Positions 12,188 to 23,448 of a DNA stretch of 64,000 bases are shown piece by piece. A model generated the notes under the pieces. It was given only the letters and a program-made list of their open reading frames with translations, made no database searches and was not told the DNA's origin. Within the stretch, counting starts at the first letter, position 1, and every line of letters starts with the position of its first letter. The DNA is taken from positions 357,678,001 to 357,742,000 of the forward strand of contig CM097883.1 of NCBI GenBank assembly GCA_044892505.1, written 5' to 3'. The translations under genes were made by a program, and so were the position numbers. The DNA comes from Schmidtea nova (lineage: Eukaryota).

Positions 12188-14132
12188 ATGTCGACTTCAA
12201 AGAAAAAATGTAGACAGTATAATAGTATAATAGTGTTTGATTCAGTCACCCATAAACAATACATTACCAATGTTTCTTATTTACCAGAAAACTTTCTCAA
12301 ATGAAGCCATGAAAGCTTCACGATTAGAAGAACATTTGACCAAAATACATCCTGATCGAAAAGATAACAGTTTATCTTATTTTCAAATGTTTAAAGATCA
12401 ACATTCGAGACGTCCAACGTTAGTTGGTATGGTTTCAGAGGCATCGAAAGAAGACAATGATGGTTTTCGTACCTCTTACAACATTTCCTTGCATATTGCT
12501 AAATCAGGAAAACTGGACACTATTGGGGAAGAATTGTAATGCCAGCTGTGAATAAGGTTCTGCGTACTGTATTGCACAAGCCACCGTCTGATATTATTAA
12601 TAAAATTCCATTAAGCAATAATACAGTACAAAAACGAATCGACTAAACGGTTGAGTATGTCGAAAGTCCTCTAATTGTGTTCTTGAAGACTATCGGGTTT
12701 TCGTTACCGCTCGATAAATCTAAAACGAGTCTTAACTTCTTGCATTCATTCGTTTCATAAGAATGGAAAAACATTGTTAAGAACTATTATTAGCAAAAAA
12801 ATTTAGAAAGTGATACTAAAGGAAAATCTATATTTGAGCATTATTTTAAAGAAAAATGTATTCCTCTTTATATTGTATCCGTTGCTATTTATGGTGCTCC
12901 GGCAATGGTTGGACGATATCGCGGGTTGATTTCATATTTGAAAATTGCGGTATCAAATTTTTTCACTGCATTTGGTTGCAAAAATCCTTAGTGATCGCGT
13001 TCATTGCTGCAGCTAACAAGTTGAAATACATTTTAACAAGCTAAAAGACTTAACAAGTTAATTACAGAAGTTAACAAGATCAGGAGAAATATTCTCGCTG
13101 ATAGACTGTTTCGAAAGCTTTATGATGAAAATATTGTAGGGTTCAATCGTTTTCTATTGCACATTGAAGTTCGCTGGTTATCAAGGAGTACCTGTCAAAA
13201 ATATATTTTATGAACTGACTCAATTATTGCATTTTTGAAAACAAAGATGATTCGTTAACAGGATTTATTGAAATTTAAGAATTATATAGCTTATTTAACT
13301 TATTTATAAAAATAAATCTAAAACTGGAAGGGGAAGGGGGTGATTTGAATTTAATCAAAACAAAGGCAACTATTCCTGCGTTTGTGTCAAAGGTTGTCTT
13401 GTAGAAACAAAATTCGGACCAAAGACAATTCTATCAGTTTCAAAATCTTTCCTTTGTCGAAACAAATAATGGTGACATTTTGGCTTATTTACCAGCATTT
13501 AGAAGCTCTTGAAGAAAATTTTACAAATAGATTTCGAGACGTCCTCAACATGATCATTCCAAATTGGGCCCTAGAAACTTCCTCAAACCTACAAACAGCA
13601 GAATTATCACTGTAAGAGGAGTTGATAGAACTGTCAACAAACGAGGAGTTAAAATTCAAATTAAAAATGTGTATCAAGAATTTAGGCTACAAGGGCAAAT
13701 TCCAGTATTATGTTTGGCCGTATGGGTTACAGTCAGGAAATTTCGTATTGCAGTCCCATCGTTATATTTAGGCGAAAGAGAATTTAGCAGTCTTCAAAGA
13801 AAAAAATTGTCAAAAGTGGACAGCGGCAACTTAAGATTTTTATGACAGAATTGACACCAAATATCGAAAAAATAGTTTCATTACACCAGACTCAGCCTTT
13901 TCACTTATAATATTATATTCATTTTTTAATCAAATTTTGAGTAATATACCAATATTGTTAATATCTTGTAATAAAATATTTTTTAAATATTATGTTTTTC
14001 ACTCAAGGCTACAACTCAATAAAGTCGGGAACTTACGGATTACAGTTACATTATTGATTTCAAGAAAGGGAGTTGGTAAGTTTCTTTTTTTGAAAAAGGT
14101 ATTTTTATTTTTGAAAAGGTTCGGAACCACTA
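12188..14132 (+). mobile_element. hAT Buster (SCAND3/ZBED8-like) element, degenerate full-length transposase plus right TIR
   Basis: MSTSKKKCRQY, FSNEAMKASRLEEHL, SYNISLHIAKSGK, IPLSNNTVQKRID, LLHIEVRWLS, end QTQPFHL*; terminal aaaggttcggaaccac at 14115-14130. Confidence 0.85.
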
Positions 14133-14931
14133 TGATAGAAGAACCTATTCATTTATATTGATTTTACTGAATTCAATATGAACCCCATTTTCTGGTCATG
14201 TATTGAATTTTGACTTGGAAAATACCGTACTCTTATTCGAACTGTCATGCTGAATATGGATATTTTAGTTAAAAGTAAAAAATAATTTGGAAGAAATAAA
14301 ACAAAGGTTTCTCACATGTTCAATATCTAATATCAATCCTTTAGTGAGCTTAAAAGCTGTTTACAGGAATATATATCAATCATTAATTATTTTATATATT
14401 TACTGTTACCTCATTTTCAATGCAACAGCTTGATAGTAGTGAAATTTTCTATAAATTGATTGCCATTAAAGTAGTTGGTAAATAAATAGTAAACGGTATT
14501 GGTTGACGTGAATGAATAAAGAAACAAATAAAGTTTGTTTTAAATATATTTAAATTAATTAATTATATTAAACAAGGTTACAGATAATGTCATTACTAAT
14601 AGAATTGGCTGAAAATAGTAAGACTATTAGAAAAACCAAAAAAAGATTGAAAAATATATTGAAGATAATATTTGGACTCTGTAACATTAATGCTATTGTA
14701 AATTTAATTTATCGAAAATTAATGTAAATTTGTTTAATATTGTTTTCAATACAATAAATTGTTGCGTGAAAAAAACAATAAATCAAGAAACAAATAAATA
14801 ATTGATTAAATACACCAACAGGTGGTTGAACCTGCGGAATGCACTCCAGAAATGTTATTGTTATGTAACTATGAGAACTGGCCTAAATCCAGGCATTATA
14901 TGGAAACTAGGTTCATTGGATGTCTAGGTTT

Positions 14932-14933
<2 letters not shown>

Positions 14934-14963
<30 letters not shown>

Positions 14964-15810
14964 TATTATTATTATTATTATTATCATTATTATTAATATT
15001 TTTATCATTATTATCCTTAATTATTATTATAATTATTATTTATTATTTTTATTAAAATTGTTATTATTATTTTTATTTTTATCATTATCATTTTATTATC
15101 ATTATCATTATCATAATCTTTTTTTCACCTTTGATCTTTTTTTATTTTTATTATAAATTCTCATAATAATGACTATAGATCAAAATTTTTTTATAAACAA
15201 TAACACAATATTGTTATTATTATTATATTTAAACTAGGGTCATTGGATGTCCACAGCACAAATTATCATTATTATTATTATTTTTATTATAGTTATTATT
15301 AATATTTATTATTTTTATTATTATCATTATTATTAATATTTATTATTTTTATTATTATCATTTTTATTAATATTATTATCATTTTTATTATTATTTTTTT
15401 TATTATTATTAATATCATGATCATGATCATAATTATTATTTATTATTATCATTAATTATTATTATTATTAAAATTGTTATTATTATTATTTTTATCATTA
15501 TTATTATCAGTGGATCGGCGCATCCAGCTCCTATTGCTTTCCTCCTTTTCCTTGTTTTTCGGACTGAGATCGCGAGGTTTTTTATTTTTATTATTATCAA
15601 TTTTATTAATATTTATTATTTTTATTATTATCATTATTATTATTATCATTTTTATTATTTATTATTTATCAATATTAATATTGTTTTTATTATTATTTTT
15701 TTTATTATTATTAATATCATGATCATGATCATAATTATTATTTATTATTATCATTAATTATTATTATTATTAAAATTGTTATTATTATTATTTTTATCAT
15801 TATTATTATC
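14934..15810. repeat. (TTA/TCA)n low-complexity tract containing an about 300-bp tandem duplication
   Basis: gtggatcggcgcatccagctcc...cggactgagatcg occurs at about 15510-15575 and 15812-15875. Confidence 0.9.
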
Positions 15811-16391
15811 AGTGGATCGGCGCATCCAGCTCCCATTGCTTTCCTCCTTTTCCTTGTTTTTCGGACTGAGATCGAGAGATTTTTAATCGTAGACAAATTG
15901 AAATTCTCATCACTATCCGACAAAGGATATCCATCGGGATTGGTAAACATATCTAATATTTCCGTGCTATTATTGGTTGGCTCAGTTGTTTTACTGTCCA
16001 GTGGAACACCGTCAACATCTGATGGGTCACCGTCATAATCGACAAGAGGTTTAACACCAAGCAAATTTTCTTCGTCAACAAATTCCACTCGGTATTTCAA
16101 ATGAGTATCAAATGGTTCTACTTTTTTTCCTGGTTTGATATTAGCTCCATTTTGGTGAAACAAACACACAATGTCTTCCATTTCAAGTTTAAGGCCGCTA
16201 ACTGGAACTTGGACATAATTGACATAAGTGCCATTGACACTTTGATCAGACAACCAAAACGAAAGATCATCAGCATTGTATTTCAATGTAGCATGCAATC
16301 GACTGACAACCCGAGGTTTAGATGAATCACCAAGAACGTAATTGACTTTAGTTTTTGAATTTTCTCGTCCTAACAATTTCATCGAGTTCAT
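15810..16391 (-). CDS. FHA-domain protein, TCF19-like; 3' end (probable PHD finger) disrupted, possibly a pseudogene
   Basis: LLGR...VVSRLHA...DQSVNGTYVNY FHA signature, followed by DIVCLFHQNGANIKPG...LKYRVEF as in TCF19-like proteins, a basic RKTRKRRK cluster and the start of a Cys motif CADP. Confidence 0.7.
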
Positions 16392-16467
16392 CGTGTATTA
16401 TAATGTGTTTCGGTTGATTTGGAGTGTCACATGAATTCTGATTTTCCGATAAGCTACCAATTAATTG

Positions 16468-16471
<4 letters not shown>

Positions 16472-16517
<46 letters not shown>
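16472..16517. repeat. (TA)n microsatellite
   Basis: Directly visible. Confidence 0.97.
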
Positions 16518-16520
<3 letters not shown>

Positions 16521-17059
16521 ATAAAACTAATTATTCCAAAAATCAGAAACAAAACAAATTCATCAATATCCTCTTGACTTTTATTCACAATTCTAAAACA
16601 AATTACACAGCAATTTTCCATTAATTCATTAATCCCATTAAACCCCAAATAATATTACAATAATTCCAAAAGTTCAAATCAATTAATCCTATTCAGCAAT
16701 TTTCAATTCCAAGTTAAATTCCTAAATTACAAAAAAATCTGAAATAACTCAGATAAACAAAATCCTAAAAAACTTAATAATTAATTACAAATTAAAAATT
16801 TTAAACAAATCCTTTTTAACACTTTTAATTACAAATTAAAAATTTTAAACAAATCCTTTTTAACACGGATAAACAAAATCCCAATAACTTTATTAAAATT
16901 CCAAAATTCGATCCATTTAATTTCCTCGAAACAAAATTGAAAAACTCCAAAATTCGATCCTCGCGTCCATGTGTGCACACAAACCTACATCAATATCACA
17001 GACGCGCACACAGACAAATGCAATCTGCCTGCCACTAGCTGATTATTTCTTTCCTAGGT

Positions 17060-17582
17060 GTGTTGGTGTTTATTTTCTATTTCAATTATTTTATCCAAAT
17101 TTTCAGTCGGTCTGGGAGCATTTGATATACAAAATTTTGATCTGGCTTTCTCTTCACTTTTATCGAGATTATGAGTGATATTTTGATTATGTGGTGACTC
17201 TGTTTCTGATAATGACGATGATGACGAACATGATGGAGATATTTTTCCCTACACATCCTTAGGCATTTTGAAAGGTGGAATGTTGCAATCTGATTTGGAA
17301 TTAGACTTTGAGCCATGTAATAAAGAAACCGTAGTAATAGGTTTTGCGTTCCCCTTCCCCTTGACTCCTGTATGACCCTTTAATTCTGAAGTATGTTCTG
17401 GCTCCTTTGATTATTAGCAGTTTATCATCTGAAATATCGGAATAGCCACACAGATTCAACTGTTGACGGATTACATCCAGAGAAAAGTCCAAACCTTCTG
17501 GCAAAGTTGCACACGAATAAATATTACAATCATTTCCGGCAATTGAGCTATGATACTCTGAACAATTATCCTTGCAGTTCAT
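17060..17582 (-). pseudogene. possible HYLS1-like N-terminal fragment with Ser-rich continuation after a frameshift
   Basis: LDFSLDVIRQQLNLCGYSDISDDKLLIIK resembles the invertebrate HYLS1 N-terminal helix as recalled; the conserved HYLS1 C-terminal domain was not found. Confidence 0.3.
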
Positions 17583-17739
17583 CGAAGAATAACTTCATTA
17601 AAACTGTTGTCATACAAGATTTATACAGATTTCAATAAGACCGTTTAACGGATTCCAGGCTCGAACTACAATCACTCATAGCGATCAAGCACCCAATTAT
17701 TATTTTAATTATTTTTTAATTAATCTTAAAATATTTTAA

Positions 17740-17896
17740 GAGCGGGCGCGACCAATCAGTATTGTTATTATTATTAATATAATTATAATTAATATTGTTA
17801 TTTATTACTATTATTATTATCATTATTATCATGATCATAAAAAAATTATTATTTAATTAATCTTAAAATATTTTAAGAGCGGGCGCGACCAATCAG
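17740..17896. promoter_or_regulatory. duplicated GC-box plus CCAAT-box module
   Basis: gagcgggcgcgaccaatcag at 17740-17759 and 17877-17896 (137-bp period) in nearly pure AT sequence; gaccaatcag matches the NF-Y consensus RRCCAATSRG. Confidence 0.5.
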
Positions 17897-18174
17897 TATT
17901 GTTATTATTATTAATATATTTATAATTATTATTAATATTGTTATTTATTACTATTATTATTATTATCATGATCATAAAAATAATAATTATCATTTATTAT
18001 TATTATCATCATCATTTCATTATCATTAATTATTATTATTTTTATTAATATTGTTATTATTATTATTATTTTTATCACTATCATTATATTTATCATTAAT
18101 TATTTTTATTTATTATTTTTAGTAATATTGTTTTTATCATTATTATTATCATTTTTATTATTTATCATTTATTA

Positions 18175-18767
18175 NNNNNNNNNNNNNNNNNNNNNNNNNN
18201 NNNNNNNNNNNNNNNNNNNNNNNNNNNNNNNNNNNNNNNNNNNNNNNNNNNNNNNNNNNNNNNNNNNNNNNNNNNNNNNNNNNNNNNNNNNNNNNNNNNN
18301 NNNNNNNNNNNNNNNNNNNNNNNNNNNNNNNNNNNNNNNNNNNNNNNNNNNNNNNNNNNNNNNNNNNNNNNNNNNNNNNNNNNNNNNNNNNNNNNNNNNN
18401 NNNNNNNNNNNNNNNNNNNNNNNNNNNNNNNNNNNNNNNNNNNNNNNNNNNNNNNNNNNNNNNNNNNNNNNNNNNNNNNNNNNNNNNNNNNNNNNNNNNN
18501 NNNNNNNNNNNNNNNNNNNNNNNNNNNNNNNNNNNNNNNNNNNNNNNNNNNNNNNNNNNNNNNNNNNNNNNNNNNNNNNNNNNNNNNNNNNNNNNNNNNN
18601 NNNNNNNNNNNNNNNTATTATCATGATCATAAAAANNNNNNNNNNNNNNNNNNNNNNNNNNNNNNNNNNNNNNNNNNNNNNNNNNNNNNNNNNNNNNNNN
18701 NNNNNNNNNNNNNNNNNNNNNNNNNNNNNNNNNNNNNNNNNNNNNNNNNNNNNNNNNNNNNNNNNNN
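18175..18767. other. assembly gaps (N runs 18175-18615 and 18635-18767) in a (TTA)n tract
   Basis: Directly visible. Confidence 0.99.
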
Positions 18768-20716
18768 ATTATTAATATAATTATAACTATTATTAATATT
18801 GTTTTTATTATTATATTTAAACTAGGGTCATTGGATGTCAACAGCACCACTTATCATCATCATTATTATCATTTATCAATTTTAATAATATATTATTATT
18901 ATTTTTATTATTATTAATATTGGAAAAAGAATCTGAAAATAAATATGTAAAAATAAACAAATTTCTATCTTCAAAAGAAATTTTAAAAAATCCTAAAATA
19001 TTAAAAATTTTGATTACTTTCAATTCAAATATCTGTATATCAATGAATATACAAAACAACTTAAGTAAGATTCAAGATATTAAACCTGTTGTTAATAAAA
19101 AATATAAGTTTAATTGACGATAGAATAGTCGAAACATATGCTATATCCTGCCCATATGCCAGTCGGCTGAACTTTCAGAAACTGCCGCACATAAGAACGA
19201 AAAACATAGAGAAAACACTATTAGTAAAATGTTAACTTAAATATAAAAATTAAATATAAAAAAATATATGAAAATTAAATATAAAAATCAACTTAATTAA
19301 ATCAAAAATTAAATATGAAAATTGGGAATTTTTAATATTAGATTTGACAAACTCTAAGATAAAATTAAATAGTTCAAATGATCCCAAATCAACAAATTCT
19401 TCTGAACTATCGAGAAGCCAAATGAATAATCCTTACGCTTCTTTTCCAGCTCTTAAAGAGGTCTGTTTCTATCAAATATATTTTATGAAGGGGGTAAGTT
19501 TTATTATTATGACACTAAATCTGCAATGCAAAATAGTTCTCCAGACATCATGTTTAATTTTGGTCTTTTTGATTTGGTTAGCATGTCTGAAGTTGATATT
19601 GAATTAAAATCGATTTTGGAAAATAATGACATCCACTTCAAAATAGTCGACAATAATTATTCTATCTGAATAATTTGGCTTTGACTGATTCTTTGAAACT
19701 CTGGCGAGATTAATTCTGTTTTATTGGATGACTTTGAAAGTTGGGCTACTGAAATTGTTCAGGAGATCTCCAAATCTTCTTATTATTATACGAGCTGACA
19801 GTTAAAACTTTTAAAGCTGAAGCAGTGGAATCTTTCTTTAGAAATTAAAAAGATAAATAACATCATTTCGCCCCAAACAATATCAAGCTTAAACAGTTTC
19901 CTTGACTTTGTGAATTTAAACTTTCTTTCTAAATCTAAATAAATTAATATTTTAAATAAATTAATGGAATCAATAAATGAAACCAAAATCGTCGATGACA
20001 CACATGGAACTAAAGCAAAAATACTTGTTTACTTTTTGCTGAGATGTTAAGAAATATCTAAATAAAAACAAGAAATTTAGATTATTTCAATCTTGCAACA
20101 AATATTGTACTTTGGAAATGAGTCAACAAATTTCTTCAATAATTGATAATCTCAACAATATTGTCAACCAAGTGCTTGGTGACGAAACAATTTTTTTAAT
20201 ATCTCATAGTGTACATCCAATTGATAAATCTAGTGAAATTGAAAAGAAATCAACTGCATGAAATGCAATAATAAACTTGAGAATGCATTTCAATCAGTGA
20301 GAGTCGACATAAATGTATGTGAAGTGTTTAGTTGAAGCAATTTCAATTGTAAAGCCGATTCATGATGCTCCTAGGTCGGATATTGAAGAACCTTTAATAG
20401 TACCACCAAAGAAAACAGGACCGAATACCAGAAAAAAAGTCAAGAAACAACCACCGAAAGCCAAATGAATATGTGTGTCTGCATCAGCTCAATCTTCTGC
20501 CATTTCCTCTAATGAGACTGGCGCAGAAAGCACTATTAACACAAACAATTTAAACCTTGACGATCTTGATCCTGAAATGTGGTTTTCCTATAATGGTATT
20601 GACTGGTATTTGGTGCAAAATATTGACTATCCACTGAATGGAATAATAAAATGCTTCGTCGTAAATATTCTTTGTTCAGATATGCATCAAGACATTATTA
20701 GAATTCCTCAAACCAT

Positions 20717-21287
20717 TGTTGGGCCAGCCAAATCGAGCAGCATCTGAAAATAATATACAATCAATAAAATAAAGCTACAAAAAATAACAACAAAATAAAT
20801 TACCAGCATAAAAAGTAGCAAATGAGCGGCAACATCTAAAAGAAATAAAGTATTAATCAAAACAAAATAAATCTTCAAAACTCACTCATGCGAAGCAGAT
20901 AAAATCTGAATATGACAGAGCGTGGGCGGACGTCACCGAAGACCTAAAACAAAAACAAAATAAAATAAATTGATGACAAAGAAAAACTTACCGCATGATT
21001 AAACAAATAAATCAGTGAGTTAAGTTAGGCAGCAAAAAGCCGACAACATAAATAAAATGAACAGACAGACACACATACTCGATGCTGATTGGCTAACCAA
21101 CAACACCGGTTCAGTATAAATACTGGAGTCAAATCAGTATATGTTAATGTTATTTTTACCGAGTGTAAGTGATTGCGAAAACACAGACATCTTGCAGAAA
21201 ACATTGTAAATCCGATTTGGAAGCGAAAATAAAAGGTAATTTCGACTTGTGTTTATTCTAAACCCTCATAATTACTTATAACTATAC
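20717..21287 (+). repeat. LTR-like segment with Pol II promoter and polyA signal
   Basis: Starts TGTTGG, ends about ...actataca; reverse CCAAT box 21085-21093, TATAAATA 21115-21122, AATAAA 21228-21233, AG|GTAATT donor-like site at about 21236. Confidence 0.55.
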
Positions 21288-22100
21288 AAAATCCATAAGG
21301 TTTTCCGGAGGCCTAACAGCCTGACGGATTCTTGGCCTCTCAGCGCAACACATTTTCATGTGAGGTGCTGATGCGGCGGGACCATAGGTTTACTAAATAT
21401 TTGGTAAGCGGAAGGGGTAAATGCACATAGGGTATCGAGTAAAAGTTAATGGTCATAAATCAAATCAAGGCAACGTTAATTTCGCATGGAGTATGTACGC
21501 ATGGCGATATCTTGACGAGGGTATGTACCATCAAAGGGTACTGATACATCGAGAGTCGACGAGAGTAGAGATACGTAAAACGTAACATCGCTGACATAGG
21601 ACACTAGCGTCAAGGAGTAGTAGTAAATCGAATAGGCTTCTAACATATGCATATAACCCTCGGGGGTTATGAAAAATCAATCCCGATAGTAGAAAAAATT
21701 AGTACGTTTCTTGGCAAAGCAGTGGACTAAGGGATTACTAATTTTCCCCCCACAGCGATATGAACCTTGATAGTTGCTGATGATGATCTGTAAACGAACC
21801 ATGTTGAATGAATGAAAATGATCGATGAGAAATTGAACCTAAAATAAAACATATTATTGTAAATACCAACGTGAAATGAGCGTAGCTAAAACCGCCTGAA
21901 ATTGCGGAGTGAATTAACTCACTAAAGTAAAGCATTAACCACAACCTACATGAACATCGAGATCACTTGTCTAATAAACTGTGTATGAACTTCTGAGGCC
22001 TACGGCAAATAGAACGATAAGCCAAGTAGGTTGATCGATATAAATATCGATGATCAGTGATAGACTCGGTCAGTAACTTAGACATTTCTTTCAGAGTGCC

Positions 22101-22730
22101 ATGATAAAAACGGAACATTCGATGAAGGAGCCGGTAGACCCCCTACCCGTCAAGTTAGAGGAGTATATTCTCCGGAAGAAACGGCGCATCCGCTCCGTCA
22201 TCGTACCAAAAATAACTTCCGAAATCAAAGGGGAGAAGGAGGCCCCACGCCCGATTTTCAACTCAGCACGTAGACACCTGCGTCGATGGGCAAGGACCCA
22301 TATGAGTACAGCGGCCAGTATTCCCGCCTGTGCATTCCAGCTACAGTTGAGGTGGAAAGGCGATGTCGATTGGACGCCCTCCCCGAGCTCTACCAAAAAG
22401 GGATCCGATAGATGGTTTTACCAATTCGTAGATGAAGTACAGCAACCCCGCTGGCTGTTGAGCACCGATATAATGACTGGTCATGCCCTGCATCAACTCG
22501 GGTATTTGCTGCTAGACAGGCCTCGGTGTAGTAACACTGGGGAAGTCTTCGTCTATCCAAATGCTCCAGGAAGTGTCTCAGTGGATCAACACCCCGAGCC
22601 CAAGGATCTTCGCCTCTGGGAGGTGTTCATCTATCAAAACAAACTGAGTTGGAATCCAGCGCCCGAATTATACCATGAAACAGGAATTCGTCGAGACGAG
22701 AACCCTCCAAAGGACGAACATCTGTTGTAA
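22101..22730 (+). CDS. orphan accessory ORF A (209 aa) of the LTR-derived insert
   Basis: Intact ATG-to-stop ORF, ctttcag acceptor 6 nt upstream, basic LRKKRRIRS cluster. Confidence 0.6.
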   Translation: MIKTEHSMKEPVDPLPVKLEEYILRKKRRIRSVIVPKITSEIKGEKEAPRPIFNSARRHLRRWARTHMSTAASIPACAFQLQLRWKGDVDWTPSPSSTKKGSDRWFYQFVDEVQQPRWLLSTDIMTGHALHQLGYLLLDRPRCSNTGEVFVYPNAPGSVSVDQHPEPKDLRLWEVFIYQNKLSWNPAPELYHETGIRRDENPPKDEHLL

Positions 22731-22884
22731 ATTAAAAATATATGTATCCATTCAAAAGAGTTTTGTTTTGGTTTTGGATGCATGAGGAATGAGTGAGGAT
22801 AGAGTGTAGTTGTTTGACGATAAAATAGTGACTGAGAAACCAAACAAATTATGCATACTCTAATTAATGGTACATTTCCCAGAT

Positions 22885-23448
22885 ATGGACGAGAATCCAA
22901 ATAGAAATTACAAGCAAGAGGCACGCGAACACAGAGCACGATCTCGCGTCCTGGAAAATCGTTTGCGACAACTAAGTGACGAACATCAGAGGATTAAAAC
23001 GACATGGTTTAATCCTGAGAGGGTGAAAGCCATTTTACAAGCCCGATACAGAGCCGAACAAACAGTCGACGAACAAGCGAGAGAGGTCGCAGCCCTGAAA
23101 TTAGAGCTGGCAAATTACTTAAGGGTGTCGACCCAAGATTTCATCACTGAGCAATTGCGCCCAGTGATTAGAGCAAGCACCTTCAACAAATGGATAAACT
23201 CGATATCGGTAACTGCGAGTACCCAAACCGAAACAGAAGCAATCACAACCACGATTAACGAGTCAACAACGAGAACTCCGGAAGGCTCAAAACGGACGAA
23301 ACGAAGGAATCGCCTTGGAGCGAAAAAGCGAAGAGAGCGGCGTGCATATGCGGATCGCTTAGGTATAGAAGTGGATCTGCTCAGTGGACTCTCCGAGCAG
23401 GAATTGTTGAACGTAATCAGACCTTCAGTGTTACTGAATTATAAATAA
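22885..23448 (+). CDS. orphan accessory ORF B (187 aa from the ATG at 22885): coiled coil plus Arg-rich motif
   Basis: Intact ORF, tttcccag acceptor 2 nt upstream of the ATG; KRTKRRNRLGAKKRRERR followed by a Leu-rich tail. Confidence 0.6.
   Translation: MDENPNRNYKQEAREHRARSRVLENRLRQLSDEHQRIKTTWFNPERVKAILQARYRAEQTVDEQAREVAALKLELANYLRVSTQDFITEQLRPVIRASTFNKWINSISVTASTQTETEAITTTINESTTRTPEGSKRTKRRNRLGAKKRRERRAYADRLGIEVDLLSGLSEQELLNVIRPSVLLNYK

Noticed and set aside
14822-15722. Poly-Ile/Leu/Tyr membrane-like ORFs
   Set aside because: Translations of (TTA)n microsatellite; likewise the (TA)n-derived YIYI ORFs at 9625, 16454, 36079 and 62088.
15452-17935. Repeat-spacer appearance suggesting a CRISPR-like array
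   Set aside because: Only two or three copies per unit, irregular spacing, microsatellite between the copies, eukaryotic context and no cas genes.
18128-18850. Long ORFs of 150-230 aa in the ORF track
   Set aside because: Artefacts of N runs; the same applies to 37258-37713 and 50890-51572.
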